Below, piece by piece: positions 30,820-41,289 of a DNA stretch of 64,000 nucleotides (positions are counted from its first letter, which is position 1; every line of letters begins with the position of its first letter). Origin of the DNA: an uncultured Bacilli bacterium (GTDB taxonomy: Bacteria; Bacillota_I; Bacilli_A; RF39; UBA660); assembly GCA_949505625.1 (NCBI GenBank), contig CATBQD010000005.1, positions 3,046 to 67,045 of the forward strand. The letters run 5' to 3'. The position numbers and the translations under genes are program-made. The notes below the pieces were generated by a model, which searched no databases, had not been told where the DNA came from, and worked only from the letters and a program-made list of their open reading frames with translations.

Positions 30820-31239
30820 TTATTCTAAAAATCCAATTTTCATAATTCCTCTAGAAACCTTTTCTCCAGAATTATCTTTAATGATAAATTTAACTACAAT
30901 TCTAGAAAAACGATCATCCTTTTCTAGTACCTTTCCGATTATAGTTAAAGGGCATTTAGATAAAAAAACTGGTTTTACAAAATTTATTTCTACACTATGA
31001 ATTAAACTTTTCTCTCCTGGCAAATAAACTCCAGCCAAAGTTGAAAGTGCTGAAGCTGTTAACAACCCATATACTACTTTTTCAGAATAGCCTTTTTCTT
31101 TTGCAAATTCTAAATCATTATGTAATGGATTAATATCATTAGTAATCATAAGGAATTGTTTCATTTTTGTTTCATCAAGTTCAAAAACAAAACTTTCCTC
31201 ATGACCAATTTCTAATTCTTTAAATTTAAAGTGATTCAT
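30820..31239 (-). CDS. MaoC-like hot-dog fold dehydratase/thioesterase
   Basis: 139 aa; NDINPLHND motif. Confidence 0.7.
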   Translation of the reverse strand: MNHFKFKELEIGHEESFVFELDETKMKQFLMITNDINPLHNDLEFAKEKGYSEKVVYGLLTASALSTLAGVYLPGEKSLIHSVEINFVKPVFLSKCPLTIIGKVLEKDDRFSRIVVKFIIKDNSGEKVSRGIMKIGFLE

Positions 31240-31475
31240 TGTCTTTCTAATATAATGTCAACCATTTCACCAACGTTTTTCATAGAAGTTACTTCACTCA
31301 TATTAAATTTTATTCCAAAACGGTTTTCAATCGCCACAACTAAATTAATATGTTCTAAACTATCCCAGTCTTCTATATCGTCTGCTGTTGTTTCATCAGT
31401 AACATGAATACTTTCATCATCAAATACTTCCTCAAATACCTCATCTAATGCTTTAAAAATTTCTTCTCTTGTCAT
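31236..31475 (-). CDS. acyl/peptidyl carrier protein (DltC-like)
   Basis: 79 aa, DSLEHINLV phosphopantetheine-attachment Ser. Confidence 0.75.
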   Translation of the reverse strand: MTREEIFKALDEVFEEVFDDESIHVTDETTADDIEDWDSLEHINLVVAIENRFGIKFNMSEVTSMKNVGEMVDIILERQ

Positions 31476-31477
31476 AA

Positions 31478-33259
31478 TTATTCCTCCACCTTTATAAATT
31501 TATTTTTCTTTTCATAAGTTTCATTAATTTCAAATTTCCAGATAGCATTGCCTTCTGCATCTTCACTAATTTTATCAAATCCTTGCAATCCATAAAACTC
31601 TTTTACCATACTGTTTTTAGCAGTTGGATAATAATAACCATATATTTCTTCAATTCCACGCTTTTTACATTGTTCTACCAAGGAATCCATCATTGCATAT
31701 TCCATATCTCTTTTTAAAACTCGGCAACTCATAATCCATAAGTCAATGTCCAAACGCTTTTTATCTTGCTTTCCAATTACAACAGATACAACTCCATTAT
31801 CCCCAAATTTATCTTCTAGTTTTCCATATAAAGTTATATGTAATTGATCTTGAGCAGTCTCTTCTATTTCTGCTTGAGTATAACGTTTTGTTGTCAAATT
31901 AAATTGATTACTTTTATTCGTTAATTGAGCAATTCTAGCCATATAAACAGGTGTAAACCGCCCAATCTCTGCCTCCATATTGAGAGATTTTAAATAATCA
32001 TCATAATTTGTGAATGATTTTTGTAACTGATTTCTTTTTGCATTTTCTTTATACATTTCGGTTTTATTGAAATCATCTTTTGAAAAATTCGTAACTTCAA
32101 AAAATCCTGAGTGATCTAACATTTCAATATAGCGATATGGAATTTCCATATTTGGGGTTGATACCTCTGGAAGCTCCTGATTGATAATGGCACGCTCTGC
32201 TGGATTATCATCTACAAAAACCAAACTATCAGTTCCTATATTTAATTCTTGAGCAATTTCTTTGAAATTATTGGATTTGGGATTCCAATTTGCTTTTATA
32301 ACAATAAAATCTTCTGGCTTTAATATAGAATCAATATGCCTTAGACCTGCTATGGCATTACTTTCTTCATTCTTACTATTAATATTCAAAATAATTCCCA
32401 TTTTCTTATGCTCTAAAATATATTTTTGAAAATCTGTATAAACTTGGCCTTCTGATGTTTCTTCTCCTAACATCAGATTTTCTACACCATCATCTCCTAC
32501 AATTCCCCCCCATAATGTATTATCTAAATCTAATACAAAACCTTTTTTATTTTTTCCTAATATTGCTTTTATAATATTTGCAACTTGAAAAGATAAACTT
32601 GGTATTGCAGGCACTGCTACTGCATATTTATACATATACCAATAAAATGGGTCTGCCCATTTATCTAATCCATACAAACTAGATTGGTAATTAATATCAT
32701 TTATAAAAAAATTTTGTTTTGTTTCTGCATATTCCGCAAATTTCATATTTAATTTTGTTATAAAATTGATTTTTCCATGGATATCTGTAGCATCTTTATT
32801 TCCAAATAATCGATATGTTGGATAATCAAAATTATTTTGAATAATGGAGCAGTGATAAGTTTGAAATAACTTCTCCCATATTGCTTCATAGCGTTCATAT
32901 TCACTTTCTAATACAGCATTCACTTCTGCTTCTGTATCTCCTAATTCTGGATAATGAATAATATTTTTATTTGTTGTATGAATAAATATAATATCAGGTT
33001 TAAATGTTTCTAATTCTTGATTTGGAAACATTGCATCTTCAAAATATTTATTATATTCTGATTCATAAAAAGAGGCTTTTATTCCATAATTTAATAAAAA
33101 TAATTCTAATATTAACTTAATATCACTTGTAGTAGATCCACCTAAAATAGCAATATTTTTTGTAATAAATTGCTTATTGCTTGCTAGTAATTCTTTCTTT
33201 AGAGATTTTTTCTTTTTTAAAATATAATCACTATCAAAGGGATATTCCAACTCTTTCAT
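31478..33259 (-). CDS. FkbH-like HAD-IIIC family protein with N- and C-terminal extensions
   Basis: VLDLDNTLWGGIVGDDG (HAD motif I, IIIC type), INSKNEESN, VFVDDNPAE. Confidence 0.65.
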   Translation of the reverse strand: MKELEYPFDSDYILKKKKSLKKELLASNKQFITKNIAILGGSTTSDIKLILELFLLNYGIKASFYESEYNKYFEDAMFPNQELETFKPDIIFIHTTNKNIIHYPELGDTEAEVNAVLESEYERYEAIWEKLFQTYHCSIIQNNFDYPTYRLFGNKDATDIHGKINFITKLNMKFAEYAETKQNFFINDINYQSSLYGLDKWADPFYWYMYKYAVAVPAIPSLSFQVANIIKAILGKNKKGFVLDLDNTLWGGIVGDDGVENLMLGEETSEGQVYTDFQKYILEHKKMGIILNINSKNEESNAIAGLRHIDSILKPEDFIVIKANWNPKSNNFKEIAQELNIGTDSLVFVDDNPAERAIINQELPEVSTPNMEIPYRYIEMLDHSGFFEVTNFSKDDFNKTEMYKENAKRNQLQKSFTNYDDYLKSLNMEAEIGRFTPVYMARIAQLTNKSNQFNLTTKRYTQAEIEETAQDQLHITLYGKLEDKFGDNGVVSVVIGKQDKKRLDIDLWIMSCRVLKRDMEYAMMDSLVEQCKKRGIEEIYGYYYPTAKNSMVKEFYGLQGFDKISEDAEGNAIWKFEINETYEKKNKFIKVEE

Positions 33260-33365
33260 ATTCCACCTTCTACTTTCATATCCAAAAACATTATAACACA
33301 GAATGTGGCTATTGGCCTATATATTTTAACGTTTTTTTCTTAGAAAATAGATACAGGTGGTATTT

Positions 33366-33608
33366 ATGAAGGCAAAAGCATATATCCATGATGACGAATA
33401 TTACTATTCTATTATTAGAAAAAATATTAAATTTTATCGTTTAAAATTACATTTAACACAACAAGATTTAGCAGATATGACAGAATTATCACGAGAATAT
33501 ATATGTGACATCGAAAACGAGCGTCGAAATAAACATTTAACTATTGCTGTTTTAGGAAGAATTGCTGAAGCATTAAATATTGACATCACAAATTTTTTTA
33601 CATCTTAA
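33366..33608 (+). CDS. XRE-family HTH regulator
   Basis: LTQQDLADMTELSREYICDIENERR. Confidence 0.6.
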   Translation: MKAKAYIHDDEYYYSIIRKNIKFYRLKLHLTQQDLADMTELSREYICDIENERRNKHLTIAVLGRIAEALNIDITNFFTS

Positions 33609-33630
33609 AATATTCTTTTTCTCATAATAC

Positions 33631-33656
33631 AAAAAAGCATTTATTAATGCTTTTTT
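33631..33656. terminator. bidirectional intrinsic terminator
   Basis: AAAAAAGCATTTATTAATGCTTTTTT. Confidence 0.6.
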
Positions 33657-33662
33657 ATCAAT

Positions 33663-34724
33663 CTATTCTGGATTTCCATCCAATAGAATTTCTAGCTTAT
33701 TTGTAATTTCACAATTATACTCTTTTAAATCATTAAACTGTTTTTTTTCTTTCTTTTTATATTCTTTTAGGTTAGCAATAATATCATTTGTTCCTTTTGT
33801 ATTTGGACAATATTTCTCTAAATGTTCTGGAATGATAATATCTAATCCTATCGCTAAGGCTTCTAGTATTACCATGCCTTGCCCTTCATACCTACTTGAG
33901 AGGTAAAACAAATCCATTTTTTTCAAATATTTAAAAGGATTTTTCTGATTTCCTAAAAAAGTTATAAAATCTTTAATTTCTAAATTTTCTGCCTGTTCTT
34001 CTAAGCTCTTTCTCAATGGGCCATCTCCAATTAAATACAAATGAAAATCATTTCGGTAATCAGTTAATTTTTTTATGTTATTTAGCATGATGTCAATTCC
34101 TTTTTGATGACATAGACGACCTACTGTCACAATATTTATTTTACTGCTATCAACCACTAACTCACAGTCTTCTTCCATTTTTTCTTTTATTTCATTTGTA
34201 TCAATATAATTTGGTATTACAAAATACTTTTTATTTGAATCATAATACAAAGTTTTAAAAGAATCTAGTGCTCCCTTTGAAACTGCACAAAATGTATTAA
34301 AATATTGATATTTTCGTTTGAAAAAGAAATGTAAAATTTGATATTTCTTCTCTTCCTTTAATTTAATAGGAATATCATTATGTATCCATATTGCTGTAAT
34401 TTTGGCATTCGCCTTTAGTGCTCCTAATGCAGTATGCATTTGATAACTATCAAAATCAATTGCTACATCATAATGTTTCTCTAATATATTTAATTTTAAA
34501 ATTTTTTTATTAATATTAAAAAATATAAATTTGTGAAACGAAGTTGGTTTTTTCAAATAAATAACATTTATATTGGGCGGTAATTCATAAAAATTATCAC
34601 GATCAAATAAGTATAAATCAATATTATATTTCTTATGATCAATGTTTCTTAATAGATTGACAATTGACTTTTGGATTCCTCCAACATGCAAATTGTCTGT
34701 AAATATCGCAACGTTTTTCATCAT
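33663..34724 (-). CDS. glycosyltransferase family 4 (GT1/GT4 fold)
   Basis: EGQGMVILEALAIGL. Confidence 0.8.
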   Translation of the reverse strand: MMKNVAIFTDNLHVGGIQKSIVNLLRNIDHKKYNIDLYLFDRDNFYELPPNINVIYLKKPTSFHKFIFFNINKKILKLNILEKHYDVAIDFDSYQMHTALGALKANAKITAIWIHNDIPIKLKEEKKYQILHFFFKRKYQYFNTFCAVSKGALDSFKTLYYDSNKKYFVIPNYIDTNEIKEKMEEDCELVVDSSKINIVTVGRLCHQKGIDIMLNNIKKLTDYRNDFHLYLIGDGPLRKSLEEQAENLEIKDFITFLGNQKNPFKYLKKMDLFYLSSRYEGQGMVILEALAIGLDIIIPEHLEKYCPNTKGTNDIIANLKEYKKKEKKQFNDLKEYNCEITNKLEILLDGNPE

Positions 34725-34737
34725 AGCTTCTCCACTT

Positions 34738-35724
34738 CTAAAATTTATATTTTTTATATAATTTCAAGTAAACTTGACTATTTGCTTTTAACAATACTTT
34801 CTTTATTGCTTTTTTGAAATTGTAACAATAAATATCAGAGCTATTTAAATTACTTTTAATCTCTTCTAATTTCTGCTTTAAATCAGTATCATTTAAGAAT
34901 GTTAACTTCGATAACATTGCCTCTAAGCTATAACTTCTTAGAAGTTTTCCTTTTATACTATCTCCTTTAATCTCTTTCATATGAATACAATAAAGGAAAT
35001 ACATATCATCTACTCTCTTTTTCATTTTCTCATATTGTGTCTCTGCCATAATAGAGCCCTCTCGCTCTACATAATTATATCCTATATATGGAAGACAACT
35101 AATTGTTTCGGCTTTATATAAAATAATTGGAATTAGTCCATAATCTTCATGAATTCTTTTTGGAGCAAACTCAAATTTATTTTTTTTATAAAAAGAAGCT
35201 TTATATACATATCCCCAAGGTACTTCCAGTGCTCTTTTTTCCATAATTCTTTTTAAAAGTTCAACATCATCATTGCATTCTTCTACAAAAACAGTTTGAA
35301 TAACAGTTCCATCAGATTTTACATCTTGACTATTAATTCTTATTACATCAGGTGCTCCTTTTTCTAAAATATGTGCTGATAATTTTTCTAATAAATATGG
35401 ATCTAAATAGTCATCAGAATCCACAAATAAAATATATTCTCCGTTAACATATTTTACTCCTTCATTTCGTGCTGATGCAACTCCACCGTTTTCTTTTTTT
35501 ATATATTTAATCAACTGTGGATATTGTTCTTGAAATGCTAATATTATTTTTTCACTATTATCTGGGCTTCCATCATTAACAATAATAATTTCATATTTTT
35601 CTTTTATATTTTTCTGATTTACTAAAGATGATAAACATTTTTCTAAATAATCATAAGTGTTATAAACTGGGACAACAATACTAAATTTAACCATTTCTTT
35701 TATCCTCTCTATTAAGATTTGCAA
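34738..35724 (-). CDS. glycosyltransferase family 2
   Basis: FSIVVPVYNTYDYLEKCLSSLVNQ, DSDD. Confidence 0.85.
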   Translation of the reverse strand: MQILIERIKEMVKFSIVVPVYNTYDYLEKCLSSLVNQKNIKEKYEIIIVNDGSPDNSEKIILAFQEQYPQLIKYIKKENGGVASARNEGVKYVNGEYILFVDSDDYLDPYLLEKLSAHILEKGAPDVIRINSQDVKSDGTVIQTVFVEECNDDVELLKRIMEKRALEVPWGYVYKASFYKKNKFEFAPKRIHEDYGLIPIILYKAETISCLPYIGYNYVEREGSIMAETQYEKMKKRVDDMYFLYCIHMKEIKGDSIKGKLLRSYSLEAMLSKLTFLNDTDLKQKLEEIKSNLNSSDIYCYNFKKAIKKVLLKANSQVYLKLYKKYKF

Positions 35725-38083
35725 CTATTTGCTTATTATATATTTCATCTTTGATTTCGCTTGACTCTTCCCCATTGTCAACTTCATTTACATATTTATT
35801 TTCAATTTTCACTTTTTTCGTTTCTTTTCTTAAAAACCATTCATATTCCAAATCAATATGTCCTAAATCAATCGCTTGATATCCTTTTTGATATAAATCA
35901 TAAACTAAAACTTTAGCAGTTGGTCCTAGAGATATTAATATCAAATATTTCTTACTATACTTGCAAACTTCTTCTAATATTTCTTGATATTTTTCATAGG
36001 CATTTTGAGTTGGACAAAGAATTCTTTTTAAGCTTTTCACTCCATCGAATAAGTCATTTCCAACTCCTAACCTTGAATATTCACCTTCAACTAAAATGAC
36101 ATCTCTATTTTTATAGATTTTTTTTATTTTGTCAAAAATATAATCACAATTTTCTTTTTCTTTATACCTCAAATACGGTCTTGATAAAAATGCATTATAA
36201 TAATTTCCATTACAATATAAATTCCAATTCTTGCTAGTTTTTAATAAGCTAATAGACCAAAATATCTTCTCTTCTTTTACATATTGATTTAGTCCATTAA
36301 ATATTTCTGGTACAGCAATCAATAATCGTTCATCTGATTTCAGCCTTAAAATTTCTTCCAATTTCGTTCCTAATTCTTGATTATAGGTTTGAAACTTCAA
36401 GGATTTTCCATTAATAATATCTATTTCTCCATCTCCATATCTTACAATAGATGCTTTTTTACTAATGATATCATCTATTGTTTGATCAATACTGTAGACA
36501 TTAATATTTTTATTTTTGACACGTAATACATAATATAACGCAGATATATAATAAAGAATCTTTCTTTTTATTTTAAATACAAATTTATTATTAGAGAATC
36601 TTGCTACTACACCTCGGAAATCTTCATAAAATAAATATAAAAATATAAATAAGAAAATGGAAACGGCAAAAAAAACAATAATTGTTACTAAAAACCATTG
36701 AACCAGATTAGTTATATTGCCATATATATTAAGAAAATAAATCATAGAAATCAAACCACCACTTATAAATAACGAAGATACAGTCATTACAAGAAAATAA
36801 ATCGAATTATGCCCAAATTCATTAAAAGCAATTTTAGCTTTTATTGGTAGCAACATAATAGTACTTGTGATTGCAGTTGCTAACAAAATTCCAAAAATCC
36901 CGAGCCATCTAATAAAAAGTAATGACAATACAATATTACTAATTGCTTGCACTAAACTGAGCCATTTTATTTTCTTATAATATCCTTTTACTTCTACAAT
37001 AACATGTAAAGATTTTAATATTACATTTAGCCATAAAATAAACCCAAACAAAATACAAATTTCAATGCTAAAATAATAGCTTTCTTTTATAAATATACTC
37101 ACGAAAGAAGCAGCAGATACACTATATGTCACTGTGCATATCAAAGCGACAAAATTCATAACTAATATAAATTGTTTAAAAATTCTATATCCTTCTTCTT
37201 TGGGAACATTTTTATTATTAACAACAGCACCTAAGGAGCCTTTTACTCCTGTTACAAAGTTAAGCAAAAATAAATGAATATAGTTATTAATAAGATTATA
37301 GATACTATAAGTAGATGTATCTTTTAATCCCATTTGATTGGCAATAATAATAGAATCCGTTTTTTCATTTACAATTTCAGAAATATTATTGACAACTATA
37401 TCTTTTGCAGATTTTGCAACCGTCCGATCTCTTCCTTTATATTTTTTTAAATAAGGATATTTTTTCTTAGTTATTTTTATTAGGAAGTAGGACCCAACCA
37501 AATTAGCTATTACACTCAACAATATTACCAAAATTAAATTTACATGGTTAATAATTAAAATAAGTTCAATTACTTTAAATATAATTTGTTGAGTAGTTTT
37601 GACTAAATTTATAATATAAATGTTCTCATTTACAATAAGTAAATTTCTATATGGTAGTCCATATAAATAATCTGCTAAGAAATCTATAGCATAAAATATC
37701 ATAATAACAATAATATAATAAATTGGAACACTATTATTTTTAATAAAGAAAGGTAATACAATAGAAATTAGAATTCCCATTATGAAAATAAACATTCCGC
37801 TTTTAAAATACAAATGCCTGCTTTCATTAAATACTTCTGTAATTTTTTTCTCGTCTTTTTCTTGAAAATATTTATATAGTTTGACATTAGTAGCAGCTCC
37901 AAAACCTAATTCTGCCAATGTTAAATATGCATATATTTGAGTAATTAATTGAACAATTCCATTTAAATCATCACCATAAACATCTATAAAAAATTTAAAT
38001 TTTAAGAAGCCTATAATTGTGATGATTATAGAAGGAACTATAGAAGTTATAATATTTAACATACTACGCTTTGTCTTTTTCAT
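35687..38083 (-). CDS. Wzx-like polysaccharide flippase (MOP superfamily) fused to a ~300-aa C-terminal soluble domain (RYGDGE motif; possibly a GT-D/DUF1792-like glycosyltransferase)
   Basis: ~12-14 TM helices in the first ~480 aa; C-terminal IVRYGDGEIDI. Confidence 0.6.
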   Translation of the reverse strand: MKKTKRSMLNIITSIVPSIIITIIGFLKFKFFIDVYGDDLNGIVQLITQIYAYLTLAELGFGAATNVKLYKYFQEKDEKKITEVFNESRHLYFKSGMFIFIMGILISIVLPFFIKNNSVPIYYIIVIMIFYAIDFLADYLYGLPYRNLLIVNENIYIINLVKTTQQIIFKVIELILIINHVNLILVILLSVIANLVGSYFLIKITKKKYPYLKKYKGRDRTVAKSAKDIVVNNISEIVNEKTDSIIIANQMGLKDTSTYSIYNLINNYIHLFLLNFVTGVKGSLGAVVNNKNVPKEEGYRIFKQFILVMNFVALICTVTYSVSAASFVSIFIKESYYFSIEICILFGFILWLNVILKSLHVIVEVKGYYKKIKWLSLVQAISNIVLSLLFIRWLGIFGILLATAITSTIMLLPIKAKIAFNEFGHNSIYFLVMTVSSLFISGGLISMIYFLNIYGNITNLVQWFLVTIIVFFAVSIFLFIFLYLFYEDFRGVVARFSNNKFVFKIKRKILYYISALYYVLRVKNKNINVYSIDQTIDDIISKKASIVRYGDGEIDIINGKSLKFQTYNQELGTKLEEILRLKSDERLLIAVPEIFNGLNQYVKEEKIFWSISLLKTSKNWNLYCNGNYYNAFLSRPYLRYKEKENCDYIFDKIKKIYKNRDVILVEGEYSRLGVGNDLFDGVKSLKRILCPTQNAYEKYQEILEEVCKYSKKYLILISLGPTAKVLVYDLYQKGYQAIDLGHIDLEYEWFLRKETKKVKIENKYVNEVDNGEESSEIKDEIYNKQIVANLNREDKRNG

Positions 38084-38200
38084 AATATATCACATTCCTT
38101 TCTGGATGATATTTAAAAATATATTGTAAGAAATGGAAAAAAGTTTATAAAAACATAAAACCAAAGACTTACAACTTTTTGATAAAAGATTATAAAATAA

Positions 38201-39184
38201 TTATTTTCTATGTTTTAATAAAGTAATATTATAAAAATAATATTTAATAACTGCTTTTAATTTATATTTGAATTTTACATTTTTAAAAATAAAGTCATGT
38301 AAATATCGTTTCATATTGTTTTTCAATTGTTTATAAATATCTTGAGAATCACGATATTGATCACTAATTCTTAATCTAATACTAAGCTCATAATTTAATT
38401 CAAAGATAAAATAATAATACGTAGGAAGATAATCTTTTCTCAAATTTTCTATTAATGGAATTGCATTTTCATATGCTGTCAAAGCAGTTAGTTTTCCTTT
38501 ATTAAATGTGCTATTTACTAAAGAACCATTTCTTTGTAAATAATTATATAGAATAGAATTTGAAAAATAAATTTTATTGCAATAAGAAAGGTAATGAATG
38601 ACAAATTCTAAATCTTCAATATGCTTAGTGGCTTCATTAAAGCATATCTTATTTTCTTGGATAAGACTATTTTTAAATACTTTATTCCAAACATAACCTC
38701 TTACTGCTTCATTTTCAAAAAAAAGTGGAAGGGATTCTACTTTACTGACTAATTGACTTTGTTCAATACATTTTTTTATTTCTATACTATGATTGTTTTC
38801 ATACACGTTCTGATAACTATATATAAACAAATCATAATTATTATTTTGTTCCATTATTTTTTCTAATAAGTTCTGTTCTACAAAGTCATCAGAATCTACA
38901 AATAAAATGTATTCCCCTTTGGCTTCTTTAAGCCCAGCATTACGGGCAGAAGAAATTCCTCCATTTTCTTTTTTTATATATTTTATCAAATCATGGAACT
39001 TTTCTTTATACTCTAATATAATTTTTTCACTTTGATCTGGGGATCCATCATTCACTACTATAATTTCATAGTGAAAATTTCCTTTTTGTCTTACCAAAGA
39101 TTCTAAACACTTCGGCAAATATTTTTCTACATTATAAACTGGAACTATGATACTAAATTTCATTACATAACTCCTCCCTATCAC
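38201..39184 (-). CDS. glycosyltransferase family 2 (paralog of 34738..35724)
   Basis: FSIIVPVYNVEKYLPKCLESLVRQ, DSDD. Confidence 0.85.
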   Translation of the reverse strand: MIGRSYVMKFSIIVPVYNVEKYLPKCLESLVRQKGNFHYEIIVVNDGSPDQSEKIILEYKEKFHDLIKYIKKENGGISSARNAGLKEAKGEYILFVDSDDFVEQNLLEKIMEQNNNYDLFIYSYQNVYENNHSIEIKKCIEQSQLVSKVESLPLFFENEAVRGYVWNKVFKNSLIQENKICFNEATKHIEDLEFVIHYLSYCNKIYFSNSILYNYLQRNGSLVNSTFNKGKLTALTAYENAIPLIENLRKDYLPTYYYFIFELNYELSIRLRISDQYRDSQDIYKQLKNNMKRYLHDFIFKNVKFKYKLKAVIKYYFYNITLLKHRK

Positions 39185-40508
39185 AAGCTATAAATAGGAA
39201 ATATATATAGGCAATCAGTTGAACTTCCAAAACGTTTATAAACAATCCAAAAAAGGCAAATATTAAACTACTAATAATGGATATCATTTTTTTCTTTTTC
39301 CACTGTTCTTTTAAAAGCAATATAAATGCAATACCTATAAATATAAATCCAAGTAATCCTGATTCTACTAATATCGCAATATATTGATTATCTGCATACT
39401 CAAGTCCTCGCTTTTTTGCTTCTTCATCTGGATTCAAAAAATTTGAAGCTGTTAAGAAAGAACTAAACCCAGTCCCAATCAAAACATCATTTTTCATCCT
39501 ATCAATTCCATAATTCACAATTGCCAAACGGCCATTTTGTAAGCTAGCAGTTAAAAATTCTGAATTGCACATTGCCAATAGTCTTGAAAAAAAGGTTTCT
39601 CCATTTACCATATCTTGCATATTTGGTCCTGTTGGTTTTTTATCATCATCTTTATCCACCACGGGACTTTTTTCATCATCAATGTTACTTCTATACAGGG
39701 CATTTGTTTTATAAGATCCCAAAGTTAAAACCAAACAACAAATACCAACAATTGATATTAATTTAAAATTATTCCAAGTCGCTTTCTTCTGAAATATATC
39801 CTTTAAATTTTTTAAAATATATAATGTTATAATACCAATAAAACAGATTAAAGCACTTCTTGAAATAGAAAGAAAAACGCCAGTAAATATCAATGTATAT
39901 AACATAATGTTCTTAATTGAAAAATTCGCATTTCCAAATCTATAATTATATAATAATACAAATAGTAAGAAAAAAGCATATACATTAGGATTACAAATCA
40001 AACTATAGGCCCTAATAAAATTATCAGCATATACGATTTCTCCTGCCCATTGTGATGGAAACAAATAATTCTTTTGAAAAATAACTTCTATAATTGAAAA
40101 TATGACTAATACAATTGTGATACCATTTAAAATATGAAGCATTTTTTTTATTTGTTCAGCCTTAAAAGGAATACTTCTTATAATCATAAATAATAAATAA
40201 TAAATTCCTAATGCTTTTATTTGATAAATAATTGCAATCAATTTTTGATGGTGTAATAAGCCTGAAATAGTTCCTACAACTAACATCAGCGCAAAAAAGA
40301 CATCATATAATTTTATTTTAATTTTTCCTTTCAAAAATGAAACTGCAAACCATACAGCAACTACAACAGAAGGAATTAATGTCACTATTGATGATATATA
40401 TGTACTAATAAATTCTTTAAATATTAAAATCAACATCATAGAAATTGTTAAAATTATTGTTATTTGATTATTTTCATTATTAAAAATTTTATTTATTTGT
40501 TCTTTCAT
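39153..40508 (-). CDS. O-antigen polymerase/ligase family (Wzy-like) membrane protein
   Basis: polytopic with large external loop; NGRLAIVNYGIDRMKNDVLIGTGFSSF. Confidence 0.55.
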   Translation of the reverse strand: MKEQINKIFNNENNQITIILTISMMLILIFKEFISTYISSIVTLIPSVVVAVWFAVSFLKGKIKIKLYDVFFALMLVVGTISGLLHHQKLIAIIYQIKALGIYYLLFMIIRSIPFKAEQIKKMLHILNGITIVLVIFSIIEVIFQKNYLFPSQWAGEIVYADNFIRAYSLICNPNVYAFFLLFVLLYNYRFGNANFSIKNIMLYTLIFTGVFLSISRSALICFIGIITLYILKNLKDIFQKKATWNNFKLISIVGICCLVLTLGSYKTNALYRSNIDDEKSPVVDKDDDKKPTGPNMQDMVNGETFFSRLLAMCNSEFLTASLQNGRLAIVNYGIDRMKNDVLIGTGFSSFLTASNFLNPDEEAKKRGLEYADNQYIAILVESGLLGFIFIGIAFILLLKEQWKKKKMISIISSLIFAFFGLFINVLEVQLIAYIYFLFIACDREELCNEI

Positions 40509-40644
40509 TTTCTAACCTCGCATATATTATATATTTTACTATGTAGTACATAATTAGTCAAGAATTTACAAGATAAACAAAATAGGAAAATAAAAAAACA
40601 GTTGCTAGAAATAGACAATTGTTTTTCAACTACAAATTATGATT

Positions 40645-41250
40645 TTATTTTTTAGGATTGTAAAACAGTGATATCACTTTCGAAAATTCAAATAAAATAA
40701 TATTACTTTTGTTCACTGCAAAGCCTTTTCCCATTGCTTTCCCACCTATTGTTAGTGCTGCAATTAATGCAGTTACTATCAAGCTGACTAACAATGTATC
40801 TAAATTTAAGGAGTTTGATATAGTAATTGATAAAATAGCGCCTGTGGAACCCGATATGATTCCACAAATGTCTCCTATTACATCATTGCAAAAAGAGGAA
40901 ACCTTATCTGCACTTTTTTTAAATTTTACAGCTACTTTAGCACCTCTTACTTTTCTAGCAGCCATTGAATGAAAAGGAATTTCATCGGCAGCCGTTACTG
41001 CTACTCCCACCATATCAAATAAAATTCCTATTCCTATGAATAAAATTAATATAATAATTCCTATCCAAAGATTCACTTTAGGCATAACCGTTTCAGAAAG
41101 TGACGAAAATACAATGGACAATGTAAAAGCAATTATCGATATTTTCAAAATCCAATTATAATCAACCAGTTTTTTTTCCTTTTTATTTTTTTTGTTTTTA
41201 TTTAATTCATCAATATATTTTCCCATTATACACCTCATAAAAATATACAA
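40645..41250 (-). CDS. small 4-TM membrane protein with DxxxD motif (OapA-like candidate)
   Basis: four hydrophobic helices, NDVIGDICG (DxxxD); directly downstream, on the same strand, of the GC-rich non-coding region. Confidence 0.4.
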   Translation of the reverse strand: MYIFMRCIMGKYIDELNKNKKNKKEKKLVDYNWILKISIIAFTLSIVFSSLSETVMPKVNLWIGIIILILFIGIGILFDMVGVAVTAADEIPFHSMAARKVRGAKVAVKFKKSADKVSSFCNDVIGDICGIISGSTGAILSITISNSLNLDTLLVSLIVTALIAALTIGGKAMGKGFAVNKSNIILFEFSKVISLFYNPKK

Positions 41251-41289
41251 AAAAAATGGCTATTTATATAGTAAACTTTACGTCTTAAG

